Source: Mycolicibacterium smegmatis (GTDB lineage Bacteria > Actinomycetota > Actinomycetes > Mycobacteriales > Mycobacteriaceae). Taken from it: a DNA stretch of 32,000 nucleotides. Below, in pieces: positions 1 to 8,353 of this stretch. The stretch's first letter is position 1; every line of letters starts with the position of its first letter. The translations under genes and the position numbers were made by a program. The notes under the pieces were generated by a model. That model saw only the letters and a list, made by a program, of their open reading frames with translations. It did no database searches and was not told the DNA's origin. The stretch covers positions 6,390,001-6,422,000 of the forward strand of contig NZ_LN831039.1 of the NCBI RefSeq assembly GCF_001457595.1, given 5' to 3'.

Positions 1-313
1 GCTCGTCACGCAGGTGCTCACCAGCGCGGGCGGCGTCGGCACCACGTACCCGGCACCCAAGGTGCTGGTGGTCTCGCCGCCACCGCTGGCGCCCATGCCG
101 CACCCCTGGTTCCAGTTGATCTTCGAGGGCGGCGAGCAGAAGACCACTGAGCTCGCCCGCGTGTACAGCGCGCTCGCGTCGTTCATGAAGGTGCCGTTCT
201 TCGACGCGGGTTCGGTGATCAGCACCGACGGCGTCGACGGAATCCACTTCACCGAGGCCAACAATCGCGATCTCGGGGTGGCCCTCGCGGAACAGGTGCG
301 GAGCCTGCTGTAA
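1..313 (+). CDS. SGNH/GDSL-family hydrolase, C-terminal fragment (5' end outside window)
   Basis: The frame is open from the window edge to TAA at 311-313. It contains the C-terminal 'DGIHFT' (D-x-x-H) block typical of SGNH hydrolases. Confidence 0.55.
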   Translation, partial: LVTQVLTSAGGVGTTYPAPKVLVVSPPPLAPMPHPWFQLIFEGGEQKTTELARVYSALASFMKVPFFDAGSVISTDGVDGIHFTEANNRDLGVALAEQVRSLL

Positions 314-323
314 GGCTGGGGGC

Positions 324-2102
324 ATGCACTTACGTCCCGCTCTGACGTGGCTCCTGGTTGTCGGTCTGTTCATATCGGTCGTCGGATGTTCGTCGTCCCC
401 GGATCCGGCCGACCGGTTCTCGGCGTTCGCCGAGGCGCTGGGCCGCAAGGATGCGGCCGCGGCGGCCGCCCAGACCAGCGATCCGGCGGCCGCGGAGGCG
501 GCCATCACCGCGATGCTGGCCGGGATGGGCGACGCCGCGAACGTCTCGGTGGCCGCCGAACCCGAGGAAGGCGACGACGCGGGCGCGACGCTGAAGTACA
601 CGTGGACCTGGGGTGAGGGCCGCGACTTCGGCTACGACACCACCGCGACGGCGGCCAAATCCGGTGACGACTGGCTGATCACCTGGTCCCCCACCGTGTT
701 GCACCGCGACCTCACCCCGGATCTGCGCTTCCAGTACAGCGAGGACAGCGAATTGCAGACCCCGGTGCTCGACCGCACCGGCCAGCCGTTGATGACATGG
801 CAGACCGTCGGTGTCATCACTGTCGAACGCGCACATCCGGAGTCGGCCGCACCGCTCGCCGCCCTGCTGGCGCCCTTCGATCCGACCACCACCACCGAAT
901 CGGTCACCGCACAACTCAATTCGACGACCGATGACCGCGTGACGGTGATGAAGCTGCGCGAGGACGATCTGGGTCAGGTGCGCGATCAGCTCGCGCAGAT
1001 CCCCGGCGTGACCGTGCGTGAGCAGGGTGAGCTGCTCACCGCCGACCGGCAGCTGTCCTCGCCCGCCATCAGCGGCCTGGACGAGCTGTGGCACGACCGG
1101 ATCACCGCCAACGCGGGCTGGTCGGTGTACCTGGTCGACGCCGACGGTGCACCCGCACAACAGCTCACGTCCACGCCGCCCAAGGACACCGGGCCCGTGC
1201 GCACCACGCTGGACCTGCGCATGCAACTGCTCGCGCAGCAGGCCGTGGCCAAGGAGACCCGCCCGGCCGTGGTGGTCGCGATCTCCGGATCGACCGGGGG
1301 CATCCTGGCCGCCGCACAGAACCCGGCCGCCGATCCGCAAGGTGCGATCGCGTTTTCGGGCCTGTACCCGCCGGGGTCGACGTTCAAGACCATCACCACG
1401 GCGGCAGCCCTCGACGCGGGCCTGGCCACCCCGGACACACCGGTGGCCTGCCCGGGTGAGCTCACCATCGAGAACCGCACGATCCCCAACGACGACAACT
1501 TCGACCTGGGCACCGTGCCGTTGTCGTCGGCGTTCTCGCACTCCTGCAACACCAGCATGGCCGCCCTGTCCGACGAGCTGCCGCCCAACGCACTGACCGA
1601 CATGGCAAAGGACTTCGGGATCGGCGTCGACTTCATGGTGCCCGGCCTGACCACCGTGACCGGCCGTGTCCCCAACGCCGACAACGCCGCCCAGCGTGTC
1701 GAGAACGGCATCGGCCAGGGCACCGTGACCGTCAGCCCGTTCGGCCTCGCCGTCGCCGAGGCCAGCCTGGCGCACGGTTCGACGATCCTGCCGACGCTGG
1801 TCGACGGCGAGAAGACCACGGCCGACACCCCGTCGGTGCCGTTGCCGCCCAACATCACCGACGCGCTGCGCGCGATGATGCGCGGAACGGTCACCGAGGG
1901 CACGGCCACCGCGTTGAGCGACATCCCCGACCTGGGCGGCAAGACCGGCACGGCGGAATTCGGCGACAACACGCACTCGCACGGCTGGTTCGCGGGCATC
2001 GCGGGCGACATCGCGTTCGCGACGCTGGTGGTCGGCGGCGACTCGTCGGCACCGGCCGTCGCGATCTCAGGAGACTTCCTGCGCCCCGCGCTCGCCGGCT
2101 GA
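324..2102 (+). CDS. Penicillin-binding lipoprotein (class B-like transpeptidase with N-terminal MecA/NTF2-like domain)
   Basis: ATG at 324. Signal peptide with lipobox 'VVGC'. Transpeptidase motifs are 'STFK' (S-x-x-K), 'SCN' in 'SHSCNTS' (S-x-N) and 'KTGT' (K-T-G). Confidence 0.85.
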   Translation: MHLRPALTWLLVVGLFISVVGCSSSPDPADRFSAFAEALGRKDAAAAAAQTSDPAAAEAAITAMLAGMGDAANVSVAAEPEEGDDAGATLKYTWTWGEGRDFGYDTTATAAKSGDDWLITWSPTVLHRDLTPDLRFQYSEDSELQTPVLDRTGQPLMTWQTVGVITVERAHPESAAPLAALLAPFDPTTTTESVTAQLNSTTDDRVTVMKLREDDLGQVRDQLAQIPGVTVREQGELLTADRQLSSPAISGLDELWHDRITANAGWSVYLVDADGAPAQQLTSTPPKDTGPVRTTLDLRMQLLAQQAVAKETRPAVVVAISGSTGGILAAAQNPAADPQGAIAFSGLYPPGSTFKTITTAAALDAGLATPDTPVACPGELTIENRTIPNDDNFDLGTVPLSSAFSHSCNTSMAALSDELPPNALTDMAKDFGIGVDFMVPGLTTVTGRVPNADNAAQRVENGIGQGTVTVSPFGLAVAEASLAHGSTILPTLVDGEKTTADTPSVPLPPNITDALRAMMRGTVTEGTATALSDIPDLGGKTGTAEFGDNTHSHGWFAGIAGDIAFATLVVGGDSSAPAVAISGDFLRPALAG

Positions 2103-3803
2103 TTCGGCGTACAGATGCACCAGACCTGAGGCCACCGCGAACCGTGGGCCGTGCACACCGTCGATGTTGGCGCGGCCCACCACAACCCCCGCGGTCCGCA
2201 GGGATTCACCGACGGTACGCAGCAATTCGTCGTCGAGGGCACCGCCGCCGGCCAGCACCAGCGCGGTCGGCGGTTTCTCGAACGCCTTCATGCAGCGCGC
2301 GATGTTGGCCGCCACGGTCTCCTGCTTGATGGCCAGCCGCAGGCTGCGCCACTCCTCTGCAGCCAGCCGGCTGGAGAACGGGACCAGACCTGCGGTGCCC
2401 CTGGTGCACAGGCGTCCGATGGCCTCGGCCGGTGCCGGGGCGTCGAGGAACAAGCGCCGCCCGTCCTCCTCGTGTGCGACGTGCGGGCCCTCGACCCGGA
2501 TGGCCGGTGTGCGCTTGACGCGCTCGGCCAGGGCCCTGGGGATGCCGAGCATCTTCGCGACCGCCACCGTGATGGTCTCGCCTGCGCCCGCCGCGGTGAC
2601 GGTCCGTTCGGCACCGACCAGATCGATTGTGCCGCCGCCGATATCGCACACCACCGAATCGGGTGGCAGGCCGGGTGTGGTGCGGGCGCCGCGCGCGGCG
2701 GCCTCGGGTTCGGAGGCGAGCGTGCGCGCCGGGCGCCCGGTGAGTTCGGCGAGCGTCGCCGCGGCGTCGGCGACGTGGTCGGCCGCCAGCAGTGCCACCA
2801 CGGTGCCACTCGCGTCGGCCACGCCGCGGCGCAGCCACGTGCCGTTGTCCAGCGCCGCCAGATCGGTGAAGAACGCGTCGTCGACGGCCATCTCGTGATC
2901 GGCTGTGGGCACCGACCGCAACCGGATCCTCACCACGCTGCCCGGCGGTTCGCGGCGCAGGATCGTGTGGGCTTGCGCGGGCGGGTACCGTACCTGCTCG
3001 CCGTCGCGCGCGAACTCGACGTAGTCGTCGTCGGGTGCGGGTGGTTGGGGCGGACGGGTGCGGGGTGTGAGGGCGATCGCCGGGGAATCCGCGAGCTCTC
3101 TGGTGAATTCGGCGATGTCGCGCAGGTTCTCGTGGCCGAGCTGCAGCGCGGCGCACACCGCGATCGGATCGGCCAGGGCGCGGTACGCACGCCCCTCGGC
3201 GACCACCTCGACCGCCACCAGCACATCAGGAGCCAAGCCGTCCAGGTCGACCTCGTCGACCACGGGAACGTCGATCGGGATGCGGTTGCGGATCAGCACG
3301 GCGTCGTCCTGGGCGGCCAGCACCCCGACGACGTTGGCGCCCTTGCCCACCGCGTCGGTGATCGCGGCCGCGGCGTCCTCGAAATCGGTTGTGGCGTCGA
3401 CCGAGACGATGACCGCGTCGTGGCGATCGTCGTGTTTGAGCGCCGCAAGCGGCACGTGGCGACCCACGGCGTAGCCGCTGCCCGCGGGCGTGCTGGCGTC
3501 GGGCCTGCGCAGGCTGCGCACCGGTGCGTGGGGTACGGTCGCCGGTGCCAGCGGTGCGGTCTCGGTGTCGACCGGGCGGATCGCCGAGAGCACGAGCATC
3601 TCGGCACGTACCTGTAGGTCCACCTCCAGACGGTGCAGCAGTGCCGCCGCGCCTTCGAGTGATTCGCGGGATCCCTTGCGTCCGCGGGTCGGCGCCTGTC
3701 CGTGCCCGACGGGGTGCACGGTTCCGTCGGTCACGCGGGCCAGCACGATCTCCGTGGTGTGGTTGCCGACGTCGATACCGGCGATCAGGCCGGCGGGGAT
3801 CAC
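2067..3803 (-). CDS. Diol/glycerol dehydratase reactivase, large (alpha) subunit, DdrA/PduG-like
   Basis: ASKHA/Hsp70-like N-terminus 'IAGIDVGNHTTEIVLARV' and 'VVCDIGGGTIDLV'. I chose the GTG at 3803 because it overlaps the upstream TGA (GTGA). The 720-aa ORF-track version is an Arg-rich 5' extension. It sits directly downstream of the dehydratase subunits. Confidence 0.75.
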   Translation of the reverse strand: MIPAGLIAGIDVGNHTTEIVLARVTDGTVHPVGHGQAPTRGRKGSRESLEGAAALLHRLEVDLQVRAEMLVLSAIRPVDTETAPLAPATVPHAPVRSLRRPDASTPAGSGYAVGRHVPLAALKHDDRHDAVIVSVDATTDFEDAAAAITDAVGKGANVVGVLAAQDDAVLIRNRIPIDVPVVDEVDLDGLAPDVLVAVEVVAEGRAYRALADPIAVCAALQLGHENLRDIAEFTRELADSPAIALTPRTRPPQPPAPDDDYVEFARDGEQVRYPPAQAHTILRREPPGSVVRIRLRSVPTADHEMAVDDAFFTDLAALDNGTWLRRGVADASGTVVALLAADHVADAAATLAELTGRPARTLASEPEAAARGARTTPGLPPDSVVCDIGGGTIDLVGAERTVTAAGAGETITVAVAKMLGIPRALAERVKRTPAIRVEGPHVAHEEDGRRLFLDAPAPAEAIGRLCTRGTAGLVPFSSRLAAEEWRSLRLAIKQETVAANIARCMKAFEKPPTALVLAGGGALDDELLRTVGESLRTAGVVVGRANIDGVHGPRFAVASGLVHLYAESAGERGAQEVS

Positions 3804-4144
3804 CGCAGCAGGCCCCGCCGCGCGTAGGCCTCGGCGGCCTGCCGCACGAGTTCGGCGCAGCGCGCCGCGCCACGCGATTCCAGTGACGCCTGCAGCGCGT
3901 CGAGATCCTCCGCGCTCGACCGGTACGGACGCAGCGCCTCGTAGAGCCGCATCACGTCCTCGTCGTCGATGGTCGCGAGTTCGGCTGCGCGCAGGAAGTT
4001 CTCGGCGAGTTGTGGGTTGCCGTTCTCCTCGGCGATCACGGCCTGGTGTGCCAGCACCGCGGGGTCCATCCGAAGATCGGACAAGTCGAGCTTGCCGTCG
4101 ACAGCGGCCGCCACGGTGTACTTGTCTGTGAACTTGTCGTTCAT
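3800..4144 (-). CDS. Diol/glycerol dehydratase small (gamma) subunit, PduE-like
   Basis: 114 aa. It has an ATGA overlap with the upstream large-subunit gene and a GTGA overlap with the reactivase. Size and position fit the gamma subunit of B12-dependent diol dehydratases. Confidence 0.7.
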   Translation of the reverse strand: MNDKFTDKYTVAAAVDGKLDLSDLRMDPAVLAHQAVIAEENGNPQLAENFLRAAELATIDDEDVMRLYEALRPYRSSAEDLDALQASLESRGAARCAELVRQAAEAYARRGLLR

Positions 4145-6414
4145 GGCCTGCGCACCTCCACCGTGACCGGCGCCTCGCCGGGTTCGCTGGCCTGACGTTC
4201 CAGCGCCACCAATGCGACCGCGCGGGCATGGTAGCGCGCCGAGATCGACTCGTCGGTGCCGCCGGTGAGGATCGGCACCGGGGCCATGCCCTTGGCGTGG
4301 CGTGCGGCGTTGCGGCCCAGTTCGCGGTAGTTGCGCGCGGTGAGCAACGGCGCGACGCTGAACAACTCCAGGTTGGCCAGCGGCGCCAGGTCGCGGCGGT
4401 GGATCAGTGCGGTGCCCTTGCCCTGCAAGCCGATTCCGATACCCGAGCCGGCCAGTTTGGCCGCGGTCAACCCGATCAGGCCGACATCGATGGTGGACCG
4501 CACACGCACGAACCGCGGCACGCAGCCCTCCTCCTCCAGGCCGGCCGAGATCTGGCGGATCACCTCACCGATCGGCAGGCCGCACAACGACAGCCACACG
4601 CTGCGCCCCAGCGCAGGCGACAGACCGATGCACACCTCGCGGGGATCGCTGCCTTGCCGCGCCGGTTCGATCTCGGTGACCGTGATGTGCCCGGCGTGCT
4701 CGGCCTGATCGGCGGTGAGTTCGGCGGCACTGCGCTGCTGGCGGATGTTGTCGATCTCGGCGCGGCGTTGCTCGCTGAGTGTGTAACCCGTTCCGGGCCC
4801 GGCGTAGTCGTTGGGATCGGTGATCTTCGACAACACCCGGAACTGCTCGTCGAAGATCGCTGAGGTCTGCAACTGGTCACCACGCATCCGCTCGGCCGTC
4901 AGCCGCATGATGGCCTCGGCCTCGGGATCGAAACCGGTGCGTTTGAGCGAGGCCACCACATCGAACACCGTGAGCTGCTTGGCCTCGATCGCGTTGGCGG
5001 CCTCCAGTACGGCCTTCGGATCCCCCGGCGGCAGGTCGCGGGATCCGTTGGCGGCCACCACGTTCTCGATGTGCTGATCGTCGAAGTCGGCGAGCCCGAG
5101 ATCGCGGTAGACGGCCTGTACCGCACGCGCCGCGCGCCTGCGCACCGCGGCGAGCTGATCGGCGGGCACCGTGCGCAGTCCACCGTCGGCGCCCCAGTCG
5201 CGCTGCAGTACCAGGAAGTCGTCCATGTCGTCGGAGTTGAAGTTCGACAGCGCGAACGCGTTGTCGTAGCGCGGGATCGAGCCGAATCCGGAGAAGATGA
5301 AGTCGGCGCCGGCCAGCAGCACGGGCAGCGTGTGGGCGCTGCGGCGGATGTCTGATTCCGAGATCAGGTTGTCGTTGCCCGCGCACGATTCGAGATCGCG
5401 CATCATCACCATGAGGTTCTCGGCGAGCAGCTCCTTCATGCCGTCGGGCACCGAGGCCACCACACCGACACCGTCGATGCCGCCGTTCTGCACGCCCTGC
5501 GAACCCAGCGCGCGTGCCAGTGAGACACAACGGGATTCGAGGTACAGGATCGAGCACTTCTCGGCCGCGCCCATGAGCACCTCGGCGCCGCCGCCGCTGG
5601 TGACGCGCATCTTGAGCCCGCGCGACGCGTACGCCGAGGTGAGGATGGCCTTGGAGAACGGGGTGTCGTCGCCGTCGACGAACACCTGCTCGGTGCCGTA
5701 GATCGAGATCGTCTCGGCGTAACTGGTCAGCCCGCGCAGGCCCAGGCGCAGTTCGAGGGCCTCCTCGATCGAGCACTGCGCCATCGCGCCGGGCACGCCT
5801 ACCTGTGAACCGATCAGCAGCGCAACGGCATTCGACGGCGCGTCGGCCAGCACCGGCACCGTCGTCTCGACCTCGCGGAACCCGTAGGCCACCGCGCTGG
5901 CGGCGTCTGCGGCGATCAGCAGCGGATCGTCGAGCTGGTTGGTGACGTGGGCCTGGTTGCTGGGCGTGCGGCGCGCCCGCATCTTGGCCATCGCGGCCTG
6001 CATCTCCACGGGCGTGAGCACCGCGATCACCTTGGCGAGCTTGGCCGGCGTCGTCCCCGCGATCAGGCGCACCACCTCGGCGCGCGGGACATTGATGTCG
6101 ACGGCCATGCGCGCCAGGTCGATGTCACTCATTGCCATGGCCTCGGGCGCCACGTCGAGGTCCAGCCCGTAGCGTGCGATGAACTCGTCGATGACGTCGA
6201 AGTCCTCGGCGGCCTTGCCGTCCATCTCGACCACGCGGCCGTCGCGGATCACCAGCGAAGGCTGCGGATCGTGGGGACTGCTCATCGCCGCGAGACCCAG
6301 ATCGGGGTCGGGGACGCTGAAACCGTCGAGGTTCACCGGTTTCGCGTCGAGGATCCGCATCCGGCCGAGTTCCGGCGACTGGCCCGGATCACCGCTTTCC
6401 GTCACGGCGACCAT
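4141..6414 (-). CDS. B12-dependent diol/glycerol dehydratase, fused large (alpha) + medium (beta) subunits
   Basis: 757 aa. The N-terminal ~550 aa resemble PduC/DhaB1 ('KPVNLDGF' start region, TIM-barrel core). The C-terminal ~200 aa resemble the beta subunit ('SGIGIGLQGKGTALIHRRDLAPLANLELF'). Alternative start ATG at 6360. Confidence 0.85.
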   Translation of the reverse strand: MVAVTESGDPGQSPELGRMRILDAKPVNLDGFSVPDPDLGLAAMSSPHDPQPSLVIRDGRVVEMDGKAAEDFDVIDEFIARYGLDLDVAPEAMAMSDIDLARMAVDINVPRAEVVRLIAGTTPAKLAKVIAVLTPVEMQAAMAKMRARRTPSNQAHVTNQLDDPLLIAADAASAVAYGFREVETTVPVLADAPSNAVALLIGSQVGVPGAMAQCSIEEALELRLGLRGLTSYAETISIYGTEQVFVDGDDTPFSKAILTSAYASRGLKMRVTSGGGAEVLMGAAEKCSILYLESRCVSLARALGSQGVQNGGIDGVGVVASVPDGMKELLAENLMVMMRDLESCAGNDNLISESDIRRSAHTLPVLLAGADFIFSGFGSIPRYDNAFALSNFNSDDMDDFLVLQRDWGADGGLRTVPADQLAAVRRRAARAVQAVYRDLGLADFDDQHIENVVAANGSRDLPPGDPKAVLEAANAIEAKQLTVFDVVASLKRTGFDPEAEAIMRLTAERMRGDQLQTSAIFDEQFRVLSKITDPNDYAGPGTGYTLSEQRRAEIDNIRQQRSAAELTADQAEHAGHITVTEIEPARQGSDPREVCIGLSPALGRSVWLSLCGLPIGEVIRQISAGLEEEGCVPRFVRVRSTIDVGLIGLTAAKLAGSGIGIGLQGKGTALIHRRDLAPLANLELFSVAPLLTARNYRELGRNAARHAKGMAPVPILTGGTDESISARYHARAVALVALERQASEPGEAPVTVEVRRP

Positions 6415-6454
6415 TTTGCGTGACCTTTCCTATTTGGTCTAGCCAAAACAGGTG

Positions 6455-7828
6455 TCAGGCGCCTGTGGCCGTCTCGAGGTCTTTCAGCGAGGTCTCCAGG
6501 TGGCCCAGCAGCCGCTGCAGATGCGGCACGCTGCGCCGGCAGCCCACCAACCCGAAATCCAGGTTGTGGGCGTTGCTCACCACGGTCATGTTGAGGGCCT
6601 GCCCGTCCAGCGCGATCGACAGCGGGTAGTTGCCCGCCAGGCGGGCCCCACGCCAGTACAGCGGCTTCTTGGGTCCCGGCACGTTGGAGATCACGAGGTT
6701 GAACGGCGGCGCGGTGGCGTCGACGAATCCGGGGAACGCCGTGGTGAGCCCGAGCGGGGCGATCAGCAGCGCCGACAACGCGAGCGCCTGCAGGCGCGGC
6801 AGTTCGGAGAACACCCTCTTGTTGTCGGTGATCGAGCGGCGGATCACCGCGAGCCGGTCGGCCGGATCCTCCACGTCGGTGCCCAGGCTGCACAGGATCG
6901 AGCCGACCATGTTGCCGCCGGCGTCGGCCTCGTGTTCACTGCGCATGCTCACCGGCACCATCGCGATCAGCGGCCGGTCCGGCAGCGCGTCCTGCTCGGC
7001 GAGATAGGCGCGCAGCGCACCCGCACACATCGCGAGCACGATGTCGTTGATCGTTGCCCCGGTGACCGCCTTGATGCGACGCAACCGCTCCAGCGGCCAC
7101 GACTGCGCCGCGACGCGGCGGGCCCCGCCGATCTTGACGTTGAACATGGTCCTTGGCGCACCGAACGGCAACGTGAGCTGCTGTTCGAGCAGCGCCGCAC
7201 GCGCCAGCCTGATCGTCGACGGCGCCAGCGCCGCCAGTGACGTCGCGGCGCCGGTCGCGGTGCGCGCCAACGACGACGAGCCCGCCCTGCGCGACGATTC
7301 GCGCCGCGGCAGGTTCCACGGCACCCGGACCGTGGTGTCGCTCGGGTCCTCGGACAGTGTGCGTTCGACGAGCTTCATCGCCGACACCCCGTCGATCAGC
7401 GAGTGGTGCACCTTGGTGTACACCGCGAAGCGTCCGTCGGCCATACCCTCGATGAGGTAGGCCTCCCACAGCGGGCGATGCCGGTCGAGCAGCGTGCCGT
7501 GCACACGTGAGGTCAGTTCGAGAAGCTCGCGCGGGCGTCCCGGCGACGGCAGCGCCGAACGCCGCAGGTGGTAGTCGAGGTCGACCTCGTCGTCGAGAGT
7601 CCAGCCCACGTTGGCGATACCCCCGAGCAGGGTCGCCGGATGCTTGCGGAACACCGGCTGGAAGTCGGTGTGCCTGACCATCTCTTCGTACAACTCACGC
7701 ACGAACTCCGGGCCTGCATCGTCGGGCGGGTCGTACAGCGCCAGACCGCCCACATGCATCGGGTGCTCCCGCGACTCCGCGATCAAGAACATGGAATCGG
7801 TCGGCGACATGAGCTGCATCCGGTTCAT
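6455..7828 (-). CDS. Wax ester synthase / diacylglycerol acyltransferase (WS/DGAT, Tgs family)
   Basis: 457 aa with the active-site motif 'HHSLIDGVS' (HHxxxDG) and the typical N-terminus 'SPTDSMFL'. Confidence 0.85.
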   Translation of the reverse strand: MNRMQLMSPTDSMFLIAESREHPMHVGGLALYDPPDDAGPEFVRELYEEMVRHTDFQPVFRKHPATLLGGIANVGWTLDDEVDLDYHLRRSALPSPGRPRELLELTSRVHGTLLDRHRPLWEAYLIEGMADGRFAVYTKVHHSLIDGVSAMKLVERTLSEDPSDTTVRVPWNLPRRESSRRAGSSSLARTATGAATSLAALAPSTIRLARAALLEQQLTLPFGAPRTMFNVKIGGARRVAAQSWPLERLRRIKAVTGATINDIVLAMCAGALRAYLAEQDALPDRPLIAMVPVSMRSEHEADAGGNMVGSILCSLGTDVEDPADRLAVIRRSITDNKRVFSELPRLQALALSALLIAPLGLTTAFPGFVDATAPPFNLVISNVPGPKKPLYWRGARLAGNYPLSIALDGQALNMTVVSNAHNLDFGLVGCRRSVPHLQRLLGHLETSLKDLETATGA

Positions 7829-7859
7829 TCAACGCTGATATCCACTGCGGCGTGCCGGA

Positions 7860-7883
7860 AAACGAGTAGCCGACTACTCGTTT
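7860..7883. promoter_or_regulatory. Perfect 10-bp inverted repeat (AAACGAGTAG-n4-CTACTCGTTT) in a divergent intergenic region; candidate operator
   Basis: Read directly. It lies between the tgs-like start (7828, minus) and the membrane-protein start (7943, plus). Confidence 0.35.
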
Positions 7884-7942
7884 GTCCCGCACGAGAAAAC
7901 GCCACGATCGAGCCACAACCGATCGACCACGGGAGGTGGCGG

Positions 7943-8353
7943 GTGCACAAGGGCACTGCTGCGCGCAAGACGCTCGCGGTGATCCGGATCGCCAACGGCG
8001 CGGCAGGGCTTCTGGCTCCCGAAAAACTGCTCGGACGCCTCGGCGTCGACACCGCCGTCGACCGCGCGGGCACCTACCCGTTCCGGATGTTCGGCATCCG
8101 CACGGTGCTGATCGGCCTCGACCTGCTCCTGCTCCGCGGCGCCGACCTCCGGCGGGCCGAGCGACTCGCTGTGCTGATTCATGCGTCGGACACTGTTGCG
8201 GCCGCTGTCACCACCGTGCGCGGTGACCTCGGTCGCAGGCCCGGCATCACGAGCATCGTCATCTCCGCGGTCAACACCGCGCTGGCCGTCACCGCCTGGA
8301 AAGGAGGCCGCAATGCGCGCACTGCTGATGCGGTCGTTCATCAAACTCAGTGA
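7943..8353 (+). CDS. Small hydrophobic membrane protein, function unknown
   Basis: GTG at 7943 is preceded by GGGAGG at 7931-7936. Hydrophobic segments include 'FGIRTVLIGLDLLLL' and 'ITSIVISAVNTALAVTAW'. The ORF-track 5' extension (7568-7942) overlaps the tgs gene on the opposite strand. Confidence 0.5.
   Translation: MHKGTAARKTLAVIRIANGAAGLLAPEKLLGRLGVDTAVDRAGTYPFRMFGIRTVLIGLDLLLLRGADLRRAERLAVLIHASDTVAAAVTTVRGDLGRRPGITSIVISAVNTALAVTAWKGGRNARTADAVVHQTQ

Noticed and set aside
330-1982. 550-aa minus-strand ORF (plus 986-2242 and several shorter ORFs) overlapping the PBP gene
   Set aside because: It is antisense to a motif-supported CDS. The composition is Arg/Gly/Pro/His-rich, typical of shadow ORFs in high-GC DNA, and I recognised no motifs.
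2151-3617. 488-aa plus-strand ORF and other long ORFs (2164-2898, 3490-4131) over the reactivase gene
   Set aside because: These are antisense shadow frames of the DdrA-like CDS, with low-complexity Arg/Gly-rich translations.
3804-4229. 5' extension of the reactivase ORF to 720 aa
   Set aside because: The extension is Arg-rich and overlaps the gamma-subunit gene in another frame. The GTG at 3803 gives a GTGA stop-start overlap and a canonical 'IAGIDVGN' N-terminus.
7568-7942. 5' extensions of the membrane-protein ORF (from 7568) and of the peroxidase ORF (8181-8312)
   Set aside because: The upstream parts overlap the tgs gene or the preceding gene. Strong RBS-start combinations occur internally (GGGAGG-GTG at 7943 and AAGGAGG-ATG at 8313).
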